This document shows, one piece after another, positions 24,152 to 36,906 of a stretch of 46,179 nt of DNA. Origin of the DNA: Octopus bimaculoides (taxonomy: Eukaryota). The translations under genes were made by a program, and so were the position numbers. The first letter of the stretch is position 1. Each line of letters opens with the position of its first letter. The notes under the pieces were generated by a model. The model was not told the origin of the DNA. It saw only the letters and a program-made list of their open reading frames with translations, and searched no databases. The DNA lies in the NCBI RefSeq assembly GCF_001194135.2, contig NC_068987.1, positions 26,091,407 through 26,137,585 of the forward strand, read 5' to 3'.

Positions 24152-24885
24152 AGGTTGAGGAGGGTATTGGATTTAACCAAACCCAAGAGGATACAGGTAA
24201 TACCTAGTAAGTGCTGTATACCGACTAGTTTTGCCCCAGTCGTTGTATGAACAGGATTGGGGATTATAAGTCGTGTATTAGCATGTGTATATGTAAATAT
24301 ATAAAAATAAAAAGATAAAGAGAGCAATGGTAAGGTTGGAGAAGTATTTTATGGATAGAGTCTTACAGCTGTAAGACTCTATNNNNNNNNNNNNNNNNNN
24401 NNNNNNNNNNNNNNNNNNNNNNNNNNNNNNNNNNNNNNNNNNNNNNNNNNNNNNNNNNNNNNNNNNNNNNNNNNNNNNNNNNNNNNNNNNNNNNNNNNNN
24501 NNNNNNNNNNNNNNNNNNNNNNNNNNNNNNNNNNNNNNNNNNNNNNNNNNNNNNNNNNNNNNNNNNNNNNNNTATATCTAAGGAGGGAGAGACAGACAGA
24601 CAGATAGACAGGAGGTAGAAAATGCAATGAACAACATTCTTTATTTAAAATTACAATTGTTTCAACACCCTTTTACACACATAGTACATTGGTGAAATGT
24701 TGTTTAATCATTATCATCCATCCAAGGTGTAAAATGTGCCACTTGAGGTGATTGTTCTTTATTAGATCCTGCTGGCATTTCACTTTGTGAGAATATCCTG
24801 TAGCCAGAGCATTTCCACTGTATGATGACATCAGGTAGCTAATAACTGTGGACAAGCTTTGCATAGCATACTACAAGGATTTACC

Positions 24886-24897
24886 TGTGTGTGTGTG

Positions 24898-24968
<71 letters not shown>
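24886..24968. repeat. (GT)n microsatellite
   Basis: Direct reading. Confidence 0.95.
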
Positions 24969-24970
<2 letters not shown>

Positions 24971-25136
24971 GTGCAGGAGTGGCTGTGTGGTAAGAAGCTT
25001 GCTTCCCAACCACATGGTTCCAAGTTCAGTCCAACTACATGGCACCTTCAGCAAGTGTCTTCTGCTATAACCCCAAGCCAAGTAAAGCCTTGTAAGTGGA
25101 TTTAGTGAATGGAAACTGAAAGAAGCCCATTGTATA
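24969..25136 (+). mobile_element. SINE family A 5' half
   Basis: AGGTGCAGGAGTGGCTGTGTGGTAAG...GGAAACTGAAAGAAGCCC; interrupted at its TA-rich linker by the mariner MITE. Confidence 0.85.
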
Positions 25137-25558
25137 TGTGGTCTGATCAATAAGTATCCAGACTGTTGCCATAGTAACAGCTAAAGTACACAGAGTGAAG
25201 CCGCTTGGCACAGACTGACCTTGAACTCTGCTGTGCATGCGCACTAAGTTTTAATGTTCTACCTCACTTCCGCTGTTTACAGCAGTGCTTGGAAGGAAGG
25301 TGTGTAGCATGTGATCATCGCATTCACCATGACAGTGAAAGTTGAGCAGAGAATCTGCGTCAAATTTTGTCAAAACCTTGGCAATACCTGCTCAGAGACC
25401 TATGCAAATTTTTCAAAAAATTTTTCAATGCTCTCATCACAATCAAGGAGTGTTTTCTTGGTCAGCTGAAAGTAGTTTTGGCGCAAGCTTGGCAGACAAG
25501 TGTCTCACACCCGGACTAAACTGAACTGTAACTAATCTGCACATCCTCTGATAACTCA
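25137..25558. mobile_element. Second, right-truncated copy of the mariner-derived MITE
   Basis: TA|TGTGGTCTGATCAATAAGTATCCAGACTGTTGCC...AAAGTTGAGCAGAGAATCTGC...GGTCAGCTGAAAGTAGTTTTGG; same internal inversion as 19992-20634. Confidence 0.85.
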
Positions 25559-26210
25559 TAAAATTTTTATGGTTTAGTTAGAAAGAAGACCAGTTTCAAT
25601 AAGCTGTTTCAATTCCTCTAAGAGTGGCAGGAGAAAGGGTGATCTAGCCTGAATTCTTATAAGAGAGTTAGCTCCACTCAAGGGCCAGCTGGTGGCTATG
25701 GGCTAAGTCTACCATACCAAAACAAGAAATGTCCCTTCAACAGGCTTCCACCCAGTTTCTGTCTGTTAAATTTTGCTTGCAAGGTTTTGGTTAATCTAAG
25801 GCTTTGATGGAACACTCTTGGTGAAGGTGCAGAATAGTACATTAAAATTGCACTGTAGTTGCAAAGCAAACTTCTTAATAAAAAAGTAGTGCTTAAATAC
25901 ATAAACCATTATTGTTCTTTTTTACTAATTGTAGCTAATTATATTTTTATGAATTATATCTAAAATGTAAGGAAATGAACAGCTATCAGCTCTTCTCTTT
26001 TGTATTTCAATTGAGAAGTGATTTTAATAAACCACTAAAATCTGGTATCATAGCCAACATATCCACTTGATTGTAGAAGTTCTTGTATTTTATCAGTCTA
26101 GCACTTAACACCAGTCTGCTTCGTTCAAAACATATTTTCAAATATTTCAATTAAAAACACTCCATACTTTAATGTAAGACTTTTGTCGAGTTACATTCCA
26201 AATTATAGGC

Positions 26211-26445
26211 TTAACACTTTAGCATTTAAACTGGCCATATCCAGCCCTATCTGGCTCAAATATTCTACCAGTTTTATTTTAGTTCTGACCAGATCTACCC
26301 TCTCACACTTATCATACAATGTTCTAAAAATATACAAACACACCATTGAAATCTCAAAGCTACGAGATAATGCATGATGAATTCAAAACAATGTCAATAA
26401 ATAAGCATTACATTCGACAGTATAATCTGAACACTAAAGGGTTAA
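26211..26445. mobile_element. piggyBac-like TTAA MITE
   Basis: TTAAcaCTTTAGCATT...ACACTAAAGGGTTAA; TTAA at both ends. Confidence 0.8.
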
Positions 26446-27460
26446 TATACTGATTAATAAAAAGGTTAAATATTTTACTGAATCCCTTTAAATTCTTGAT
26501 TATTTTCAGACTTAGATCTGTGTATTTTTTAGAGATATGATCAAAAAAAGGATTAATACATAGGACTGTTGCACAGCCAGTCATTATATACAGCCATAAC
26601 TAGGAACAGAGTTTAGCATAGTAGAGTGAATTTATTAAAAAGTGGGCTCTGGTATGAGTTTGAACAATTGCACATTGCTCATAGATGTTAATCTAGAAGA
26701 TACAATGTTCTACCTCTAAACTCCATTAACTACTAGAAGTGTATTTGAGATCATGATTTCCTGAGAAGCTGCTAGTCTGGTGTCTTACCTTATTCTGCCA
26801 TCTTGCCCCTATGAATTTTGTCTGGAGGAAAGGAATCCTGGAAATTGTGACTTTGCTTCCAAGTTTTTTTAATTTAAACTTGGCTTTCTGGACACTACTT
26901 TGTTTTATCAATATTGGAACAATCCATTTGGAAGAAAAAGCACAGATGTGTGCATGTGCACACCCAAACACACTTGAATCAATTTATAAATCTGTCTTTG
27001 TCTGGTATCTGTCATCAAATGATTTAGACTGATTGGAGACCCCCTCCTCCACTCTATAACTATTAACTGACAGCAAAGTTAAGATGGACAGAATACTTGT
27101 TCACGTGCTCCTAGAAAAATTGGTTGTGGATAGCACATGGAGTAGGAGTTTGCATTGCCATGTAGAAAATTGAAAAGAAGAAAGGAATCAGTCAAAATGG
27201 AAACAAAACATTGCAGAATAATAAAACCAGGAGATAAAATGTAAACCAAAGCTGAAATGCTTTTGTGGGAGAAATTCAGCCTCTCTAACAAATTGGGTGA
27301 AAATTTGCATTATTGGAAAAAAATATTGATTTCATATTTTGTTTTTAGTGAAATAACGTTTTAAGTTATGAATTTTTGCAAGGTGAGTATTGACAATGTT
27401 ACCAATAGTTTTATTGCATAATGACAGACTTGTCAAACCAGTTAACTTTTTGATAAAATT

Positions 27461-27462
<2 letters not shown>

Positions 27463-27498
<36 letters not shown>

Positions 27499-28207
27499 TG
27501 TTTAATGTCCGTTTTCCATGCTGGCATGGGTTGGACAGTTTGACTATGGTCTGGAGATCCAGCGGCTGCTCCAGGCTCCAGTCTGATCTGGCTATGTTTC
27601 TACAGCTGGATGCCCTTCCTTAACGCCAACCACTCTGAGAGTAGTGGGTGCTTTTTACATGTCATCAGCACAGGAGCCAGTCAGGCGGGCCTGGCATTGA
27701 TCATGTTTGGATAGTGCTTTTTATGTGTTACCAGCACAGAAGCCAGTCAAGGGGTACAGGCATTGGCCACATTTGGATGGTGCTTTTTTACGTGCAACTA
27801 GCATGGGAGCCAGTCAGTGGGTACTGGCATTGGCCACGTTCAGATAGTGCTTTTTACATGCCACCGGCATGAAGGCCAGTCAGCAGTCCTGGCATTAATC
27901 ATATTTGGATAGTGCTTTTTATGTGCCACCAGCATGGGAGCCAGTCAGGCGGACCTGGCATCGACCAGGTTCGGATAGTACATTTCATGTGCCACAGGCA
28001 CGGGAGCTGGTGGGTACATTCTTCACCAGGGAGGGTCTTTATATTTAAGAGCAATCATCCATCCCGCTGTCTGGTGAGAATGAAATCAACCTCACTAGCA
28101 GAGTCACCTGATTGATAGGTTATCAGGTGGCTAACTGGCTCCCTGAAGTTGGTGTTGCAGATCAATAGGTTATTTGTATCACAGAACTCCAGTAGCCTAG
28201 TTCCCTC
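27463..28207 (-). mobile_element. Internally deleted RTE LINE: endonuclease fragment joined to 3' UTR
   Basis: 28207-28008 (minus) reads EGTRLLEFCDTNNLLICNTNFREPVSHLITYQSGDSASEVDFILTRQRDG*LLLNIKTLPGEECTHQ (APE endonuclease C-terminal motifs). It continues directly into ~66-bp UTR units and the (GAT)n tail. Confidence 0.88.
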
Positions 28208-28794
28208 TCAGCATTTAACAGCCACTTTTCTATGGTTGAATGCTCTTCTTGTTGCTAAACCTCACTTGTTTCCAAGTAAGGTAATATTTCCTCATGACTA
28301 GATACGTATTCATGCAACATCGGAAATAAAGGACATCGCTTGCATGATAGTGACACTTGTTCACAACTATCATGCTGTGTCAAAGCAAAGGGGCACTAAC
28401 ACACACATACATACATACATANNNNNNNNNNNNNNNNNNNNNNNNNNNNNNNNNNNNNNNNNNNNNNNNNNNNNNNNNNNNNNNNNNNNNNNNNNNNNNN
28501 NNNNNNNNNNNNNNNNNNNNNNNNNNNNNNNNNNNNNNNNNNNNNNNNNNNNNNNNNNNNNNNNNNNNNNNNNNNNNNNNNNNNNNNNNNNNNNNNNNNN
28601 NNNNNNNNNNNNNNNNNNNNNNNNNNNNNNNNNNNNNNNNNNNNNNNNNNNNNNNNNNNNNNNNNNNNNNNNNNNNNNNNNNNNNNNNNNNNNNNNNNNN
28701 NNNNNNNNNNNNNNNNNNNNNNNNNNNNNNNNNNNNNNNNNNNNNNNNNNNNNNNNNNNNNNNNNNNNNNNNNNNNNNNNNNNNNNNNNNNNNN

Positions 28795-29220
28795 AAAATG
28801 GGACTAGAATGGTTGACATGCCTGCACTAGAAGGTCCTTATTCATTTCAGACATTGCCTGGACAATGGTGACTTTTAGGGAAGCTATAATGTTGTGAAGA
28901 TATCAGTTAGTCTCCATTTCAACAATACTCTGAACATGGTTGTCTATGAAATTTAATTCTGGTGAATTTGGAGTCCACAAGTTTTGGTGTGGTACATAGT
29001 CACAAAGATTATCTGGCTGTTTTGGGGGTTATGTGGGCTTTGTGAGAAAGTGCTGAGTCTAGTTGAAGCATGTATAGCCTTTCACTGTATATTTCATTCA
29101 TCCAGGGCTTAACAAATGCTGACCTTTGATTTGCCAGAAAGTGCATCCAATTGTCCCTAAGATAATACCTTACTCTCTTAAAAATGGAATGATGCATTGA
29201 GTAATGTAGTCCTTGACATA
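28795..29220 (-). mobile_element. IS630-Tc1-mariner (maT/DD37D-like) transposase relic
   Basis: Minus strand, with frameshifts: VKPWMNEIYSERLYMLQLDSALSHKA ... LWTPNSPELNFIDNHV...VEMETN*YLHN..ASLKVTIVQAMSEMNKDLLVQAC, matching the QQDxAPxH / WPPxSPDLNPLD pattern. Confidence 0.8.
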
Positions 29221-29581
29221 CAAAATGATGGGATGGTCAAAATTTGGAGCACATTTGATTACAGGTTTGCTCTATCAGTAATAAATAACTTATGTCCTTT
29301 ACAAATCTTGTCCTGAAATAAACTTCGCACTGGATGCTTGAACTTTCTAATGATTGATTGGATCATAAGAAGGTATACAACAGTTGATATATAATTAGCT
29401 TAAAGGCTTTAAGATGCTTATAAATATATCTCTGTGCATATGTAAATGACTGTATCTGAAGTATACACAGATGTTGACCTTAACTTTGATGTAAAAAATG
29501 AATTAAAGAATATGCAAACACAGTATTTATTTGATATTATGTACATCTTTGTTTTATATATATATATGATGTCTATTTCAG

Positions 29582-29639
29582 AAAGAAGAAGTATCCAGAT
29601 GTTACATTTTTAACATATAAAGACCGGAAACGCATTTTA
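29582..29639 (+). CDS. UXS1: UXS1 exon KKKYPDVTFLTYKDRKRIL
   Basis: tttcag acceptor and gtaag donor; matches the UXS1 segment KYPPVKFLSEKDRKRIL; phase 2 in, phase 0 out. Confidence 0.93.
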
Positions 29640-31436
29640 GTAAGAGTTTTTTTATTCTTAATCATGTGGTTTAGCAATTTGTTGCATAATTCTTTCATAT
29701 TAACTGTAATAGTACCTGTAGTTCTTTCTTGGGTCATCAAATTAGTTTCTGGTATTGCTTCCTCTCATTCCTCACTTGTTGGATAATCAAGTTTGTTAGT
29801 TGTTTCCCCACCATCTGAGGTATGCATAAATGAGTGTCCAGCCGTTTTGAGCTTTAGGTCATCCGAATAGTGGCAAACTTAGCCTGCCACTTGGTTTAAT
29901 GGAATTTACTCTGTTGCAAGCATTTGAGTCAAGTGTCTGGCTTGTAAATAAATTCCTCCTTTTCTCCCACCAGTTATGGTGGATTCACAAAAAGGTCATG
30001 GCCACATCCCATTGTCCTCTGACTAAACTATTAAAAGAATAATAATAAAAAGTAAGATTCCAGTATTATTTTCTGGATGTTCTCGTGGAGGAGTTGAACT
30101 CAGTACTGCCTGCAAACAAAGCGCTCATCTGTTGTACAAGTTATACAGATGCATCTGCAGTTACCCTCTGTACTCAACAGTATCTACTCACAGCTAGCTG
30201 GCCGCAGACATGTTCAGTGCCTGAAACAGAATACAGACCATTGACCTTTGAATTGCTTGTTCAACACCCAGTTGTATGTCTAAACTGTATGATGTTCATT
30301 CTACTCTAGTGTTTGGACAAATTGTCATATTTACCAAAACTAAGTTTATTATTAAGATTTCAATGAAAATTATATCAGATGTTATAAGCATTAATTCCAA
30401 ACTGAAAGGAATAGGTGTAATGAATGGAACTAAACCATGTACCTATTGCCTACTGTTAGACTGTATTAGCAATTGCACTATAGCATATCTACTGTTTTAT
30501 CTCTGCAGATTAGGAATTTTGATTTGTTTCTGCTATTTAAACCGTGTTAATTTATCACCACAAAAAAAAAAAAAAAAAATTAAAAAGAATAATAACCTAT
30601 CTTGCAAGTGTTAAGTGACTGATGTATTATCCTGTGAAGATCAGACAGTACAGTTAAAGTAGCAGAAACAATATATAATATCTAATTTGAGGAGATTGAG
30701 TGGTAAATGCTCTGTCTGTGGTGTAATTTTTGATGTAGTTATCTGACATAGTTTGATCCATATCATTGATCATGTTCCTCTTTTATGTCATAAAATCTTG
30801 ATTACAATATTTGATATAAAACCTATGAGCCATATACATTACAAATATTTAATGTACATGAATTTACTGATTCTAGTGTACATGAATTTGAGTATAGCTC
30901 AAGATATATAGTAAATGAAATCTGGCAGAGTCGGCTTTTCAGGTTCAGGATCATACATTATTATACTTCTCTCGTGTGTGTGTGTGTGTGTGTGTGCGTG
31001 CGTGTGCGTGTGAGCCTAATTAGAAAATAGAGCTGTTTGGCCTGAAACTGGCTTATCTGCAGTTCTTGGTGTATAGGCTCCAAGATTTGGTTGGTACATA
31101 TAGTTTAGTTTACTCACAATGGCCTGTGTTTTACACTTAGCTTCAAGCTCAATTCCTGTGCGAATTGACTTTTGCATTCTGCTCTAGGAATTAATATATT
31201 AAGTACCAGTTATACACAGGTGAGCAGGGTGTGAACTTAATCAGAAATATACTTTCCTATGTAAAGCTGATCAAATGATTAGTTAAAATAAATTTGTAAT
31301 TTGATTTACTTGTTAATTACTTGTTAATTTCTAGAAAGAAAAAAAATTTGCAATGTATATATGTACATCATGTTGCCATATTTTATTGTGGATGTTTAAC
31401 ATCATTTTAATTGTTCTTTCCTTGCCTTTTTTTCAG

Positions 31437-31617
31437 ATAACTGGTGGTGCAGGTTTTGTTGGTTCCCATTTGGTAGATCGTTTAATGATCCAAGGGCATG
31501 AGGTTACTGTCATTGACAATTTTTTCACTGGCCGCAAGCGAAATATTGAACACTGGATAGGGCATGAAAACTTCGAGTTGCTACATCATGATATTGTCAA
31601 CCCATTATATATTGAAG
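31437..31617 (+). CDS. UXS1: UXS1 exon with NAD+-binding motif (ITGGAGFVGSHLVDRLM...PLYIE)
   Basis: tttcag/gtaagg boundaries; GxxGxxG Rossmann motif and DNFFTGRKRN signature. Confidence 0.98.
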
Positions 31618-31639
31618 GTAAGGATTTGACCATCCCATT

Positions 31640-31860
31640 ATCATCATCATCATCATCATCATTTAATGTCCATGTTCCATGCTGACATGGGTTGAATGGT
31701 TTGACAGGATCTGATGTGTCCAAGAACTACATCAAGCTCCAATGTCTGCTTTGGCATGGTTTTTACAATTGGATGCCTTTCCTAATGTCAACCACTTTAC
31801 AGTGTGGACTGAGTTGGGTGCTTTTTTTCATGCCACCTATACTATGGAGGTCACCGTGCA
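31640..31860 (-). mobile_element. Degenerate RTE-type tail
   Basis: (CAT)n-TTTAATGTCCATGTTCCATGCTGACATGGG...CCACTTTACAGTGTGGACTG. Confidence 0.75.
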
Positions 31861-32854
31861 GTTCACAGGGGTATGAGCCATGGATGCAGTAGTGGGGTCA
31901 GCTTGTTGCTAAGGAATGAGGAAATTGCTATGAAAGAGGTAGAGGAAGAGCATATTTCTGCACAGGGATCTGCATGACTACTCTCATCTAATAGTGGAAA
32001 AGGTGGGGAGAGAAAGAAAAAAATGATGAGTAGGAGCTGCAAAACATAGATAATGGTGCTATAGTATTCAGGTGGCTTCACAAGGCACAAGCTGAGTTTG
32101 ATTATTTTTGAAATGGCTTGATTTGTGAAACCGTGTTTGTATAACAAAAAACATTCATGACTTTATTTAGCACCTCCAAAACTACTGGGAAGAAGTTATA
32201 CTCAGATGGCAGACTTGACCTGAATTCTGATAACAGAGTAGATTCCACTGAAGCACCCAAAGGTTACAATGATTGTGTTTATCTCTGGTTTCTGCAGCTG
32301 TTGGGCAGATGAATGGTATATCTCCTGGATTTGTTGTAGCTCTATCATAGGTAACGTTTGTTTTTCAATTCCCTCTGGAGAAATTAAATCTAGCATTACA
32401 AGTTAAAGAAGGTTATTAATTTCTCAGTGCTGTCTCTGATTTTAACAGTGAATTATCCTCACTGTAGAATCAACATACAGCAAAGTGAGCTTAGCCGGTG
32501 ACAGCTAAAAGTCTTGGTCATACATGATATGATACCTACTACAGAATATGAACCACTGACCATTTAGTTGTCTCTTTTTCCATAACACCTATCATGATTG
32601 TTTTCCTGATAAGGTACAAAAAAAAAAAAACAAAAAGAAAAAATACAGTCTTTGTTATGTATGACATGTCTTTTAGGGCTGAATGCCCTTTCTATCATCA
32701 ACCACATTGCAGCATGGACTGTGTATTTTATCACCATTGATATCAGAGAGGGTATCTGCTGTTGGAATAAAGAATTTCAAGTTATTGCTCTTCCGTATGA
32801 GTTGCCTTTTGATGCAGATTATAGAAAAATCAGTCTAAATTATTGAAAGTGAGT

Positions 32855-33031
32855 TTAATCCTTTTGTAAACCGACCATGTCCAGCTCAAATATTGTACCT
32901 GTTTTATGTTCAAACCAGCCAGATTTGGCCTCTCACAACCTACCCTACAATGTCATTCTAAAAATATATGATGACATCATTGAAATCTTGAAGCTATAAG
33001 GTAATGCATAATCTGAACGTTAAAGGGTTAA
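32855..33031. mobile_element. piggyBac-like TTAA MITE, internally deleted
   Basis: TTAAtCCTTT...CCTGTTTTATGTTCAAACCAGCCAGAT...CGTTAAAGGGTTAA. Confidence 0.75.
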
Positions 33032-33127
33032 AAGATATAAACCCAAAGAATATAATATAAATCTATAATATCTGTATCTTTGTTGTTTGATGGACTGTTT
33101 AAATATTTTTTTTCTTCTTTCATACAG

Positions 33128-33232
33128 TTGACCAAATATACCATTTGGCATCTCCAGCATCACCTCCAAATTACATGTACAACCCTATTAAAACTATAAA
33201 GACCAACACAATTGGCACCATCAATGTTCTTG
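33128..33232 (+). CDS. UXS1: UXS1 exon (V)[34 protein letters not shown]
   Basis: catacag/gtatgt boundaries; YHLASPASP signature; phase 1-1. Confidence 0.98.
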
Positions 33233-34527
33233 GTATGTTAGTTTTCTCTAGAATTTTGGTGTTTATTTTCCATTAAACATTTTGGTTCATCATCATTATA
33301 AATTACATTTCTTGTATCCTTTCACATATGGCTTAGATTTCTCCCCAATTCTCCACTTAATTGTATGCACTATGGAGCTGGTCTTCAAATTCCATATGTG
33401 GCTAGCCAACTTTTGTCGATGTGCTGGAAAGAAGATAGATAGCAACTTATGCATAGAAGAAAGATCTCGTATTCTTCTTAGATCCAGCAATTCCAGCACA
33501 CTACTTAATTCCAGATCTGAAATTTTTAGCAGCTGCAAACACATAGATATGTTTCTTTTATCGAATTGGAAGACACCACCTGCTCCAGGCTGAGTTGCTG
33601 TCTCTTAGAATATATTTTCTGTTATTTTGTTCTATACTAGCTGTATTAATTGTGATTTCTGCTATCAGGGAGGATGGGGATCTTAGTTTACTTGATTTCA
33701 TTTCTTTTTTCTCGTTCTATTTTTTGCATCAACCTTCATATTTCTTTCACATTTTTTTCTTATTTTCTCACTGTCCGGTGTCCTTGTTTTTAAAATATAT
33801 GTAATGCATTAACAGACCCTGAAAGATTGTTCATAAATATGCCTAGTTAAATTACCATAAAAGCATGAAACTATTAGTAAGTCTTTCTGTTGTGTATTAA
33901 ATTGATATATATATCTGTCTCATATATATATATATATATATATNNNNNNNNNNATGAGACAGAGATGTTTAGAACAGGTAATGAGACAGGGACATATGAA
34001 GAGAGGAACAGATATATTGTTGTAAGAGGGTTGTGATGTTAAAAGTGACAGTATCATCCATTGTATATCAACAAACTGAAAAGTTCTATATGAATGTGAA
34101 AATGACGCTAGAGATTTTCTTTTGACTTCTGCAGCATGCTCCATATTGGTGTGGTTAACGTTTCTCGATAAAATGGAAATATGGGTTCAAGAAAGATTTG
34201 TTGAATATTTATTGTTTTGTTTTTTTTACTGGGATTGTCAAGATTTCTTACCTTAAACTTTTTAACATTTGTAATTGCTAAGTGTTGAACCAAAGCTATC
34301 ATAATACAAAAAAAAAAAAAAAAAGAGTCCTTTCCCCAAACTGCAATGTAACTTTTGTGTCTCACTGAAATGTAATCCTTGCTAATTTGCCTAAAAATGG
34401 AATATAAAGCAAATTGCCATTTTATTTCCAGAAGCTTTCAAAATGTAGTTTGTCTCACTTCATTATCATAAAATTTTACAAGTATTTCTCACGAATACTT
34501 TTTCTATGTTTTTCAATATTTTCAAAG

Positions 34528-34587
34528 GTTTGGCCAAACGTGTGCGAGCTAGGATTTTATTGGCATCCACTTCTGAGGTCTATGGAG
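34528..34587 (+). CDS. UXS1: UXS1 exon (G)LAKRVRARILLASTSEVYG
   Basis: caaag/gtatgt boundaries; catalytic STSEVYG motif; 60 nt, phase 1-1. Confidence 0.97.
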
Positions 34588-35149
34588 GTATGTGCAGAGT
34601 TTTAAATACCTTGATTCACTAAAATTATATCATTGGGTTGTTTTTTTATAGATCAGGGCTGATGTGGGAATATGTGGCTCGAGAGATTTGACACTAAAGT
34701 GACTGATGTCTTTTCCTTCAGAAATACTCCTCACTGAGTTATCTTGGTTAAAGAGTGACAACAGGAGGTTTTCAACAAAGTGTTTAAAAAGTCTGACTCT
34801 AAATGGTATTGCCCCAGCATGGCCACAGCTCATGAGCTTAAGCTGGTTCAATTCAATTCAATTCTAGTCTACAGTCTTAAGAGGCTGGAAGACATCCAAT
34901 TTTCTGGGGACATTAGGTAACTGAGAGTATAAGACTTCTCCGTTGGAATAAGATGTGAATCCATTGCAGAGTTAACCTCCAAATATCACTGGTTCATTTT
35001 CAGCTGCATAGACTGGAGCAATGTTAAATTACTCAAGAACACAGTGCATGTCTGGTCAAAAAAACATCAAACCTATGACTTAATAACTGTGAGCCCAATA
35101 CTCTAATCATTAAGCCATATATTTTCACACAAATTCTACAAAACTGAAA

Positions 35150-35460
35150 TCATCATCATCATCCTCATTTAATGTCCCTTTTCCATGCTGGCATGGGTTG
35201 GATGGTTTGGCAGGAACGAGTTAGCCAGAGGACTATGTCAGACTCCATTGTCTACTTTGGCATGGTTTCTATGGCTGGTTGCCATTACTGATAGATAGTG
35301 GACAGACGCAGCAAGCAGTGTCTGTCAGCAAGGTACGCTATACAGGCCAGTCATGCAGACGACAACATACGTCTTCGTAATGTGGGACATATCAATATGT
35401 AGCACCTGTGTTGGCGTTTTTTACATGACTCCAGCGTTGGTGGGGATGATCAACTAATTT
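35150..35460 (-). mobile_element. RTE-type tail with a foreign ~140-bp insert
   Basis: (CAT)n-TTTAATGTCC...GGTTTCTATGGCTGG, then non-matching sequence, then TTTTTTACATGACTCCAGC. Confidence 0.6.
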
Positions 35461-35689
35461 GCCTGTTGGGAGGTTAAAGTATAACAGAAAGATAGAGAAG
35501 AGATATATTGCTGTTGAGGGGATGCAGGGCTACCTCAGTTGGAAAAAAAAGGAGAGAAAAGTGGGAGATAGGATTAGAGAGAATGAAAGAGAGAGAGATA
35601 TAGACTGATTATTAAATGTTCAGAAGGTCGATATCAAAAAGCTGAACCTGGACGAAGTATTGAAGGCTGATCTCAAAACACTGAACCTT

Positions 35690-36020
35690 ATGAAAGAGGT
35701 CCAACCCATGCCAGCATGGAAAGCGGACATTAAATGATGATGATGATGAGTGATGACAGCGGGCCAAGATATGTGGTACATTACTGTACTCAAGAAGTCC
35801 TGTCCACCACAACGGAATTGAGGTCTTAAAACAAAGGTGCCATGTAAAAAGCATTGGCGTGGGTGCTGGTGCCACGTGATATGCACCCAATGCACTGTGG
35901 AGTGGTTGGCTTTAGGAAGGGCATCCAGCATAGAAACCAAGTCAAAACACTATAGAACCTGCTGTGGCCTCTGGCCTTGCCAGCATGGAAAATGGACGTT
36001 AAGCGTTGATGATGATGATT
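35690..36020 (+). mobile_element. Two adjacent RTE-type tail fragments
   Basis: CCAACCCATGCCAGCATGG...(GAT)n at ~35700-35750; CATGTAAAAAGCA...GGAAGGGCATCCAGC...(GAT)n at ~35840-36020. Confidence 0.75.
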
Positions 36021-36152
36021 GATGAAGAATGCAGTGTCTCAGCAGAAGTTAGTTGGGATCACCCAGCAACAACAGCCAAGAACATTGTAGCAGCTTTCAG
36101 AAAGTGGAACAATCTACATATCTTGGTCTTTCAATTATCCTTTCTTCAGATA

Positions 36153-36552
36153 TACTCTTTTACTTGTTTCAGTCATTTGACTGCGGCCATGCTGGAGCAC
36201 TACCTTTAGTCGAGCAAATCGACCCCGGGACTTATTCTTTGTAAGCCTAGTACTTATTTTATCGGTCTCTTTTGCCGAACCGCTAAGTGACGGGGACATA
36301 TACACACCAGCATCGGTTGTCAAGCAATGCTAGGGGGGCAAACACACCCACACACACACACACATATATAAATATATATACATATATACAATGGGCTTCT
36401 TTCAGTTTCTGTCTACCAAATCCACTCACAAGGCTTTGGTCGGCCCGAGGCTATAGTAGAAGACACTTGCCCAAGATGCCACACAGTGGGAATGAACCTG
36501 GAACCATGTGGTTGGTAAGCAAGCTACTCACCGCACAGCCACTCCTGCGCCT
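36153..36552 (-). mobile_element. SINE family A, full length
   Basis: Highly similar to 7590-8018 and to the reverse complement of 16789-17206. Confidence 0.93.
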
Positions 36553-36784
36553 ATAAGTAATATTATTTATGAAATGAAATGCTCCTATCGAAACAGCTGT
36601 TGAAAACTCCTGATCAGATTAGGCTTTAACTGAACAATGATAAGTTAACAACTGAAGTAGGCTGGTAGCTAAATTTTCTGAGTATAACAACTGATAAAAA
36701 TTAGTTCTTCTACTTGAGGTAAATGGTGAAAACTGAATCCTTGTGCTCACTGGATTGGTCTAATGGTATTAATTTATGTTACAG

Positions 36785-36906
36785 ATCCTGAAGTTCATCC
36801 TCAAGTTGAAGAATATTGGGGTCATGTGAACCCCATTGGTCCAAGGGCCTGTTATGATGAAGGCAAAAGAGTTGCTGAAACCATGTGCTATGCATATGCC
36901 AAGCAG
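36785..36906 (+). CDS. UXS1: UXS1 exon (D)[40 protein letters not shown]
   Basis: ttacag/gtatag boundaries; SDR catalytic YxxxK (YDEGK). Confidence 0.98.

Noticed and set aside
26811-27032. 73-aa hydrophobic ORF as a nested small membrane protein or UXS1 exon
   Set aside because: No homology recognised, no convincing splice sites, and T-rich DNA readily yields hydrophobic ORFs.
27650-28005. CRISPR-like repeat/spacer array
   Set aside because: The units are degenerate along their whole length with no unique spacers, are part of a LINE 3' UTR, and there are no cas genes; the context is eukaryotic.
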